Source: Fonticula alba ATCC 38817 (lineage: Eukaryota; Protista; Nucleariida). Taken from it: DNA of 17,808 nt. Below, in pieces: positions 8,814-17,744 of this stretch. A program made the position numbers and the translations under genes. The notes under the pieces were generated by a model. It was not told the DNA's origin and made no database searches. It saw only the letters and a program-made list of their open reading frames with translations. The DNA lies in the NCBI GenBank assembly GCA_000388065.2, contig KB932206.1; one strand, 5' to 3'. Numbering within the stretch: position 1 is the first letter of the stretch; each line of letters opens with the position of its first letter.

Positions 8814-11249
8814 ATGCCGCCCCGGCGCCGGGGTGTCACCTCGTCGGCTGGCTCCGCCACGGTGGCCGCCGGCGCCACCCGGCAGCGCGCCTCCACTTCC
8901 CTGGCCAAATCGCTGAAACCGCCCGCCGAACACCCGTCGCCGGTCATTTCGGTCGATGACGACCCGGCCGACTGGCCGGATGCCTCGCTCCGGGCACTGG
9001 ACGAGGCCTGTCGGTGCCCCATCTGCCGGGAACTCATGACGGTGGCCCCGGTCATGTCGCTGCGGTGCCGACACACCTGTGCGTGGCCGGCGCCCGGGCG
9101 GCCATTCCCCATGTGCGCGCTCCGACACCCGGTACTGACACTCGCCCTCCTTCCCTCGCCTGCGCTGCGCCCTTCGGGCCGAATGGCGCCCACAGATTGC
9201 TCCATGTGCGTGATGCGCGCGCTGGATGTCATGTCGCAATCCAGCGCGTCCCTTCCCCCGGCCACGGTCGGTCGAGATCAGTGGACCTTCCAGCCGGACG
9301 GCACCCCGGTGGCCGTCCCTCCCACTGGCCAGGCGGCGGCTTCGCTGGACACCGGCGGCCAGGCGTGCCCGGTTTGCCGCGAGCCCATGACCCTGTCCGA
9401 TATCATCCCCAACGGGCAGCTCCTGCTGACGGTGAAGGCCTTTGCCGCGGCCCGGTGCGTGTCTGCTTTTCTTCTCCCTCGCGGTCTGCCTGGCCGGTTG
9501 CACTCTTCGGCGCCTGGCCCTTTGCCCGGGGGCCTTCTCGCCCCCTGCGCCGCCCGCCCNNNNNNNNNNNNNNNNNNNNNNNNNNNNNNNNNNNNNNNNN
9601 NNNNNNNNNNNNNNNNNNNNNNNNNNNNNNNNNNNNNNNNNNNNNNNNNNNNNNNNNNNNNNNNNNNNGCCGCCAGCGACTTACATGCCCTCCGAGCAGG
9701 CCCAGTCTCTTGCGTTTGGCCCGGCTAGCAAGCCGCCCGGGGCCCCTGGCCGTCGGGCTGCTTTCCCCGCTGTCCAGCTCCTCCGGCGAGGATGGCCAAA
9801 CGGCCATCAAAGCCGCGGCCAGCCTCCTGCCGGGCTTGGGGTCACCGGAAATCGACGTCCTCTCGGTGGATGCCGACATGGCGCCGGCGCCCGACACACC
9901 CCGGCGGACTCGGACACGCCCGGCCCTCGCGGGCGATGACCTCCCCGGCGGCGGTGCGTCGCCGGCCAAACGAGCGCGCTCGCGCTCCCCCGCGCCAGGT
10001 CGCCGGTCGCCGGCCAGCGAGCGTCTCACCGCGCGGCTTGAGGCTCGGCGTGCTTCGCTGGATTTGACGCGCGGCCTTGGCCGGCCTGTTGGCAGGGCAG
10101 GCTCCTCGCCGGGGCCGGCCGCCAGCCGGGCCGATGTCGAGGTCCGCTTCATCCGGCCGTCTTCGACTCCGGCCTTCCCATCACACTCGCAGGAGCTCAT
10201 CGACATCGAGCATGTCCAGCCTCCGCCGGGCGGCCTCGCGGCGACGCCGGCACTCGCCGGCTCGACGTCCGAGTCTGATTTGGACATCATGTCGCTGGGC
10301 ATCTCGGCACCGGCGTCACCGCGCTTTGGGCCGGCGGCCGAGGGGCCCGCGCCGCTGCTTGGCACTGGGCCGCCGCCGGAGGTCATGGCCCCCGGCGCGC
10401 CGGCGGCCCCCGGCCCATCGCCACCCCTGTCCGATCCCCCCGCCGTGGACTTGCCCCAGCCCGCCATGCCGAACGCGCCGGCGGCCCCCCCGGCCGGGGG
10501 GCCCCCGTCCACTTCGTCCTCCCTTTCGGCCGGGGAAGTTGATGTGGTCTCGGTGTCGGATGACGACCGGGCGCTGGCCGGGCATCCGCCCCGCCCCGAC
10601 ACTCGCCCCGCCCCGCCAAGCCGCCTCATTCCGAAGACCGTGTACACGCTGATGACCGACAAGAAGATCCGCGAGCTTCTCAACCAGTGTGGTATCCCCA
10701 GCCGGGGCCCGCGAGCCGTATGTGTGCCCTTGTCTCCTTCTTTTTTTATTTTCTCCCCCCCCCTGGCTTCTGCTCCGCTGCTCCCCCTCCTGCCTGACGC
10801 TCTCCGCGTGTCCTCTTCCCCTGCCCCTCGCTCCTTCCCTCGGCAAGACCCTCGTATGGCGGCACAGCGAGTTCCGTCTCCGGTGGAATTCCTTCGTGCT
10901 GTCGGACTCGACCGGTGCCGCGGCGGCCGCCACCTCGGCCGGCAGCCTGGCCGACTCGCCGGACGCCCAGCGCATCGTGCAGGAGCTTGTGCAGCTCGAG
11001 CAGGCACGCTCAGCGGTTCCGCGCCTTCCCGCGGCCATGGCCGGACGGCTGAGCTCCCTGACCGGCGACCCCCCGGTCACCGGGGACCGCTTGCCCAGCA
11101 CGGACACCGGTGACTCTCGGTCCTCCTTCGCTCACCTGCTACGCCTTGCCCAGCTGAGCCGGCAACGCAGCCAGCCGTCCTCGCCGGACCTGTCGACTGG
11201 CCTGCCCGAGGAAAAAGACCCGGTGGTGCCGGCCGTCGACCCGGAATAA
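8814..11249 (+). CDS. RAD18: Post-replication repair E3 ubiquitin ligase RAD18, ~647 aa. Exons 8814-9078, 9196-9454, 9700-10717, 10848-11249
   Basis: DDPADW..LRALDEACRCPICREL..CRHT/YCSMC..CPVCR..PN.QL..VKAFAAA/RPSLLRLAR is the RAD18 N-terminal C3HC4 RING plus helix. RLIPKTVYTLMTDKKIRELLNQCGIPSRGPRA/TLVWRHSEFRLRWNSFVLSD..IVQELVQLE is the RAD18-type SAP domain and following helix. The C-terminal SFAHLLRLAQ resembles the Rad6-binding helix. Junction phases are consistent (1944 nt). Confidence 0.92.
9015..9377 (+). other. C3HC4 RING finger of RAD18 (split by intron 9079-9195)
   Basis: CPIC-x13-CRH-TY-CSMC-x52-CPVC after splicing. Confidence 0.9.
9560..9668. other. Assembly gap (109 N) within RAD18 intron 2
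   Basis: Run of N. Confidence 1.
10625..10900 (+). other. SAP domain of RAD18 (split by intron 10718-10847, which has an AAG acceptor)
   Basis: LIPKTVYTLMTDKKIRELLNQCGIPSRGPRA/TLVWRHSEFRLRWN resembles the recalled fungal Rad18 'LPKLNYSMLKE..LRKKL..LGI...G.R..LE.RH.EW..LWN'. Confidence 0.88.
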
Positions 11250-11276
11250 GCCCCCCCCCCCCCCCCCCCCCCCCCN

Positions 11277-11444
11277 NNNNNNNNNNNNNNNNNNNNNNNN
11301 NNNNNNNNNNNNNNNNNNNNNNNNNNNNNNNNNNNNNNNNNNNNNNNNNNNNNNNNNNNNNNNNNNNNNNNNNNNNNNNNNNNNNNNNNNNNNNNNNNNN
11401 NNNNNNNNNNNNNNNNNNNNNNNNNNNNNNNNNNNNNNNNNNNN
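11277..11444. other. Assembly gap (168 N) after a poly-C run, between the convergent RAD18 and RIC1 3' ends
   Basis: Run of N preceded by about C26 directly after the RAD18 stop codon. Confidence 1.
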
Positions 11445-11578
11445 CCCCCTACGCGCTCCTGTATCTCCATCTTTTTTTACGCCCGGACACAGGGCCCTGC
11501 ACATCTTGTCAATGTACATTCACGCGCGAAGCCCATTCTCTCGTGCGCCACCTGCACGCGTCCCACCTCCTATCAGGC

Positions 11579-14500
11579 TCACCACAGCCACCAGCCGCCG
11601 GAGCCGGAAGACAGCGACCGGTCGACCCCGTCATCGGTGGCCCCGCCCTCGAGGGCGGGGTCCACGGGCGCGAGGCTCATCTGCCGGCGGAGCCGGTGGC
11701 GACGAAGCTTGTCATTGGCCAGTGCCTGGTCGATGGCGCGGTTCATGCCATCAGAGGACCCGATGCCGAAGCCGCTCGGGGCCATGACGGCCGGAGTCCC
11801 CGGGCCTGGGGCCTGCGGCGTCCCGGGAAGCGAATGCCGGGCCACCAATCGCGAGCTGGCCGTGGTATTCTCCAACACCGGGCCCAGCAGGCGCCGAGCC
11901 TCGGCGGTGGACAGGGGCACCGCAGCAGCCGGCCGGCCAGCGGCCACCTGCTGCGCGAACACATGGTGTCCCTGCTCCTCCCACATGCGCTGGTACCGCT
12001 CGTGCAGGGCCGCGGGCGTGCCCTCCAGGAAGAGCACCGCCGCCGGGACATCCTCCAGGAGGGTGGCCACCAGGAGGCCAATCTCCCGAGCCGCCGGGAT
12101 CTGCCCCATGGCCAGGAGGGTGGCATCGTCCAGGCGCCCACTGCCCGACCCCCCGAGGAGTGTGGTATCCTCCGCCGGCCGGGGGGTCGCCTGCCCGGAG
12201 CCAGCCAGCCCCGAGAGGAAGCTGCCCATGGTGCCGAGCACCCCGGCGGCGGGCGATCCCGCGGCGACCCCGGCGGAGGCGGTGGCGGTGGTGGCCGTCG
12301 TCGGCGTCGGCGTCGGCGTCGGCGCTGTCGTAGCCACGCCAGGCGCACTGGCGGCCACGGAGCTTGGGGTGGCAGCCGCAGCATTTGCGGCGGGGCCTGG
12401 GGCCGGGCCCGACCCCGGCGGCGCGCTGGTGGCCTGCTGCCGGCCGAGCTCCACCGCCCTCAGGCAGCTCCAAAGCAGGTGTCGCATCAGGCGCACCGGG
12501 CTGGGGAGCTGGTCGGTCAGGGCGTAATCCTCGTCGATCTCCTCGTCGGCGGCCGCCAGCTCGGCCTGGGGGAAGTCCTCGGCCCGGAGAAGTGCCCCGA
12601 AGGCCCGGACACAGTGGTCGACATAGGTGTTGGTGGGGCTCGGCTTGCCGGTGTGGGGGTCGGCCCGGCGGAAAACCGTGCGCAAGGGCTCGACCGTCAG
12701 GCGGATCAGCTCTTCCACCGAGTGGACCAGCTCGCCGGCCGGCTGCAGGAGTGGCAGGGAGTCGGTCCCCAGCTGGAGGTACTCGACCGACGCATCGTCA
12801 TCGGCCATGGCCGGGTCGTGGGCCCCGCCGGCGGCCCCGCCGATGGCCTGCTGCAGTCGGCCGAGGACCGACCCGGCCGAGCTGCCCAACGGAGCCAGCG
12901 GCGCCGGCGCGGCGGTCAGACCACACTCCGCACAGCGCCGAAGCCGGGCCACGCGCGAGTCCACCAGCGCCGCGGCCGACACCCGCGGAGCCCAGGGGGA
13001 CGGCTGTCGGGCCCCGCTGCCAGCACGGCTCGAGGTCGCCGGGCGCGGCCAGGCCCCCAGCGGGGGGAACACCGCCGGTGGTACCCGGCGTCCACCGCCC
13101 CCGGTGGCGGAGCTCGTGCCAGCCGGCGTCCCCAGCCCCGGGCCATGTGCCGCCCATGCGGCTGCCTGTGCGGTCTTCCCTTCGGCGGCCAGCTCCAGGG
13201 CGCGGATGAGCGTTGCCGCCTCCGGCACCCCGGTGCCCACCTCCTCCAGAGTCCGGAGGGTGCGCGGCGCCCCGAGGGGGTCCTGCCGACGGAGCTCCAC
13301 AACAAAGCCGCACCGGCAGAGGGTCTGGTCCAGGACACTCGGCAGGCCGAGGGTCCGGCGCAAGGCCGACAGCAATGTCCGTCGAGAGGGCGAGTGGGGA
13401 AGCTCCATGCTAATTGGGCCGGGCAGTAGCGGGCGATGCCGGGCGGGGAGAGGGCGAGGGCGATGGGTTAGCCCGGGGCAATCCACGCGGCGGCTTGGCC
13501 TTTGCCAGGAGAAGGGCGCGCGCGTGTGTGTGTGTGTGTGTGTGCGGGGGCGGGGGGAGAGGGTGCCGCTCGCACCGGAATCGAGCCAGCCATGCGCTGA
13601 GGTCCCATTGCAGGGCCTTGGAGAAGAAGGCCAGCCGAACGAGGTGGCCGCGCTTGATGCAGCGCCGAGCAAAGCGCGACAGGGCCAGGCCGATGAAGAA
13701 CTGTCGGCCCGGGCGGCCAGGGGGGCGAGGGTTGTGCGGTTAGAGCGTGCGAGGGGGGGGGGGGGGGAGGGACAGGAGGAGGGACAATATGGCACAGTGT
13801 GCCGGGGGCAACATACTTCGGCTTCGCTCATGGACAGGCTGCTGGTCTTCATCGAATGGGCAAAGTAAAACAGGCCCGATTCTGTGAAGGCCGCAGGCGT
13901 GACGCCGGCCCGGGGGCCCGAGGGGGGAGGGGAGATACGCGAGAGGGGGTGTATGCGTCGGTGCTTGTGTCAGGGCGATGGCCAAATAAAAGGGGGCGCT
14001 TATTTTTGTGGGCACCGCCAACGCACTCGCCATGTCCCGAAGGAACTTGACCACCTGCGAGGCGCAGGCAAAGTCCCCGACCTCGAGACTGGCATCCAGC
14101 AAAATGAACGCCTCCTGGGGAGCATGCCGGCGGGGAGTCAGTCGCTCGAGGCTGGACGGGATATGTGGTCCTGGGTTTTGGGTTCCCCCCCCCCCCCCCC
14201 CCCCCGCCCCTGGCCTTTTTTTTTTTCTTTCGCTTGCCCCCCGCCCCTCCCCCGCCCTCCCCCCCCACCCCGCACATGGACGCACGCTGATGGCGGCTCC
14301 CGAGCCGCAGGTGTCTCGAACAACCAGCAGCAGGGAGGCGGCGGCCGACACGCGCCCGGAGGCCAACGCCGCGCGCAGGACCTCCGAGGCATCTTGCGCG
14401 TCGTGCTCGAAGCAGAGTTCCCCCCCGGGACACAGCCGATCCCAACAGTCGCAGCCGTTCGGCAGGATGACCGTCAGCGAGTCGTCGGCCATATCCACGT

Positions 14501-15488
14501 CGGACAGGCTGTCGAAGAGGCTGCTGGCACTGGTGCCGACTTCGGGGGGCGGCCTGCTGGCAGGGTTGCCGGCAGATGCGTCGCTGGCCGGCCGATCGTC
14601 CGGTCGGCCGGGTCCCGGGGACAGGGCCTCGAAGTCCGACTCGATCGGAGCCGGGGCCGGGGCCGGGGAGGAGGGCCCACCAGCTGGGGCCCCCTCACCG
14701 GCCAGGCTGGCCACTCCTCCCTGCGGGTCTAGCAGCAGCGAATCGACCCCCGTGGCCTCGGTGTCCACCGCATAGAGCAGCGGCCAGCGGTCCGGCTCGG
14801 ACAGGCGCGTGGCCTGGGCCAGGGCCGAGTGCGATTGCGGGAAGAGGGCGAGGAATTGCAGGACATCACTCAAAGATCCTGCCATGGCGGCAGGGCAGAG
14901 CACGGCAGGGCGGGCCACACCGAGTGGCCGGGCGGCGGCGGAGGGCGCACATTCATCACACACGTCAGCACACCACAGCCGCAGGCCGGCCCCCGGGGCA
15001 CTTGGTCGGACGCACCTGGACCGCGGAGACGCTGGGCTGCCGCGCGCCGCAGCTCCGCATCATGTGGCTGTTCGAGGGCGCGGCTTCGGGCCCGGAAGGC
15101 CGCCTCCAGTGCGTCGCGCAGGAGGTCCGTCAGCGTTCGGGTGATTTGCTCGGTAGCCAGCTCGGCATTGAGCATGGTGTTGGCCACCAGCGGGTGGGTG
15201 GCCGAGCCGGGCCCGGGGCCACAAACCAGCCCAGGGCTGGCCCGGCCGACCGAATCCTGCAGGAAGCGGGCCGCCTGTGACGGATAGCTGGGGGGTGCCC
15301 GGGTGCATGGCCGAGGTGAGTCCGAGCGCGGGCGAATGGACATGCGCACATGTGCCCGCATATGCGTGTGTATGTACGCGAGCACCGTGCGCTGGCGGGA
15401 AGGAAGTCAGCGCACCCATCCGAGAGCAGGGTTTTCACCACGTCCGTGAGAATGGGGAAGGACTATGGCCGCCCGGGGATTGGCCCGA

Positions 15489-15524
<36 letters not shown>

Positions 15525-16149
15525 CGGGGTCTGGGGGGGGGGGGGGGGGGGGGGGGGGGAGCGGACAGCAGCAGGCCGGGCAGGGTGAGTGGGGACCCGG
15601 GGCAGGGGCAGGACAGCCTCGCAAATGCCTCCACAGGCTGGGTGCGCACTGAAAGCTCAAGCCGACTGAGGAGCGAGGATACCCGCGCGGCGATGCGCGA
15701 GTCGTGCACAAGGTGCAGCATCTGACTGGCACCCTGCTGGGCCAGGACAATGCTGGGCACCGGCCATGTGCTCACGACTGGTGGGGCCGCCAGGAGGGAG
15801 TTAGCTGCTGCAAGCCACGGGCCCGGCAGCCTGCGAGTGGGAAGGGTGGCAAGCTCGATGGGCACAAAGAAAAAGCCGATCCGGCGCGCACCAACGGGCT
15901 GGTTAAACAGGGGAAGGTGAATGGGAACACCAATCAGGCCGCCGCCAAACTGATGGCGCTGAATGCCCCCCGCTCCGACTGTCGGCGAGGCCATGGGCCA
16001 GTCTTCGTCCTCCGGCGGGTGGAGAAGAAGCTGCGCGTGGAGGATCCGGAGGGGGGCGAGTGTGCAGGAGGAAAGCGCGTGCTCACACTGTCAGGAAGCG
16101 TTGATGGTGGCGGCGGTGGCAGCAGCAGCAGCAGCAGCAACAGCAGCAA

Positions 16150-16223
<74 letters not shown>

Positions 16224-17744
16224 GTAGCAACAGCAACAGCAGCAGTAGCAACAGCAACAGCAGCAGCAGCAACAGCAGCAGTAGCAACAGCAACAGCAGC
16301 AGCAGCAACAGCAGCAGCAACAGCAGCAACAGCAGCAACAGCAGCAGCAACAGCAGCAACAGCAGCAACAGCAGCAACAGCAGCAGCAGCCGCGGACACG
16401 ATGCAAGGGAGGCCAAGAAGCTGAGCCTGCCCCGAACGCACCCAGCACTGCTCCGACGGATCCACGGCCCAGAGAGCTCCGCTCAGTGTGGATGGCCGAT
16501 AATGCGGGGCGGCCATCTCCGAGGGCACCAGCCCGAAGTCGGACACGACACCGAAGCGTGTCGGAAGGAAGGGAAGCAGGCGCACTGGGGCACGCGGCTG
16601 TTGCGCCCGGGCGTCCCCTCCCACGGGTTAGTGTCTGGATATCGTCCGCGCAGTGCCCGCACCTCTGGGCGGAGGGGCACGCAGCCCGGGCCACGGGCAT
16701 GGGGGCGGGGAAATGGAAAGGAAAGAACAAGCGCAAAAACACGGAGAAGGGTGAAAAGCGCGCGCGCGCAGGAGGCGGGCGAGGACAGCGGAAAAAGAAG
16801 TGGCGAGCCGTACCGATACCGAGTCCACGAAGTACACCGAGCCGACGGTGCGGCCAAAGCAGCAGGACCCGAGGCAGCGCCCATCGCGCGAGATGAGCAT
16901 GGGCCCGCCCCCGGCACCGGAGGCTCGTAGGGACGGCGAGCCGGCCACCGAGGAGGCCAGGCTGCGCGTCGGGGTGGGAAACCCATCAGCCGGCCCGCCT
17001 GGCGAAAGCGGCCCCCGGCGTGGGGGCTCGATCGTTTGGAGCAGATACCCGGGCGTGTCTTTGGGGCGGTGGTCGCCAGGCAGCCAGTTGCGTGCGGGTG
17101 TCAGGAAGGAGGGCCGGACAGGGGACAGAGGCGGCGAAGCAGCGCGGGCGTATATATATGTGTGTGTGTGGGGGGGGGGGGAGGAGGAGGTATGTACTCA
17201 GTCGGTAGCCCCAGGCAGCGACAATGTTGCCGAGCTCCGGGCCGATGGACACCGCACGAGACAGAGACCGAAGTCCTGTTCCGGTGGCCAGTCCGTGCCC
17301 CGGGGGAGGGAGTTAGCTTCGGGATGCCAAAGCATGGAAGCGTGTAGAGAGAGAGGAAGAAGATCGAAGGGAGGGGGGGAGCGAAAGGGAAGGCGGAAAG
17401 GAGGGGAACAAAGGAGAGGGGCGAAAAAAAAAAAGGATTCGCAGGGCAAGCCCGGCACATGGTGCAAGCGCACCCTTGGGCCCAAGCATGTACTCGCAAA
17501 CGATGGAGCTGCTGTCGCGCCGAATGAGGGCCGTCAGGCGCCCGGTACGTGAGTCTTGGTGGCTGGCAAATAGACGAAAGCCCCGGACCGAGCGGTCAAG
17601 CGGCCACGCCGGCTCCAAGCGATCGGTGCCGCCGCGTCCGGCCTGGCGCTGGTCATCCAGCAGATCCGCAGGCAGGGGCAACAGCCCACGGTGCTTATCC
17701 AGGTCCAGTCCGGAGAACTGCGAGCGCGTGGGCAGGGCAAGCAA
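11579..17744 (-). CDS. RIC1: RIC1 (Rab6/Ypt6 GEF complex subunit), 5'-truncated. Exons 17744-17474, 17275-17198, 17058-16820, 16597-16442, 16087-15892, 15777-15650, 15274-15016, 14878-14286, 14114-14027, 13881-13817, 13700-13576, 13409-11579
   Basis: The 11 introns are GT..AG and phase-consistent. RIC1-domain matches: LSDVLQFLALFPQ..ALAQATRLSE.DRWPLLY (cf. LL..V..FL..FP.YL..VV.CARKTE...W..LF) and SEVLRAALASGRVSAAASLLLVV..EAFILLDASLEVGDFACASQVVKFLRDM (cf. P..LFE.CL....L.TAA.YL..L..A..L...AL....W.LC....RFL). Also FFIGLALSRFARRCI..LAFF..LQWDLSAWLARFR (cf. human FFIDLMLWRHARRLL..LG.FAA.L.FEL..WL) and LMRHLL..IGLLVATLLED. The 5'-most exons are less conserved and less certain. Confidence 0.9.
15490..15559. 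repeat. Long G homopolymers (about G35 and G27; poly-C on the RIC1 sense strand) in intron 15275-15649
   Basis: Read directly from the sequence; homopolymer lengths are prone to sequencing error. Confidence 0.9.
16120..16389. repeat. Interrupted (CAG/CAA)90 trinucleotide tract, (CTG/TTG) on the RIC1 sense strand, in intron 16088-16441
   Basis: 270 nt, counted as 90 triplets of CAG with CAA and three TAG interruptions. Confidence 0.97.

Noticed and set aside
9560-9668. Possibility that the N gap hides the missing RAD18 UBZ exon
   Set aside because: The junction AAAR|PSLLRLAR is continuous with the conserved post-RING helix, and a UBZ would lie downstream in the fully sequenced exon 3. It cannot be excluded entirely without closing the gap.
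9403-13868. Very long antisense or alternative-frame ORFs (534, 628, 413 aa and others) suggesting nested genes
   Set aside because: They are Arg/Gly/Pro-rich shadow ORFs, expected in very GC-rich coding DNA. They have no domain motifs or splice structure of their own.
6357-15891. Several in-frame stop-free introns (PLAA 7019-7174 and 6357-6545; RAD18 9079-9195; RIC1 15778-15891) suggesting regulated retention
   Set aside because: About one third of introns are 3n by chance, and stops are rare at this GC content. Retention would disrupt WD40 or RING folds, and their composition is typical of local introns.
15704-16930. 408-aa + strand ORF with a poly-Ser/Asn tract, and the overlapping poly-Ala, poly-Leu and poly-Cys ORFs
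   Set aside because: These are stop-free frames across the trinucleotide repeat, antisense to or overlapping well-supported RIC1 exons, with no recognisable domain.
10845-17061. Two AAG 3' splice sites (RAD18 10845-10847; RIC1 17061-17059)
   Set aside because: AAG acceptors are uncommon but well known. Two of 31 is unremarkable.
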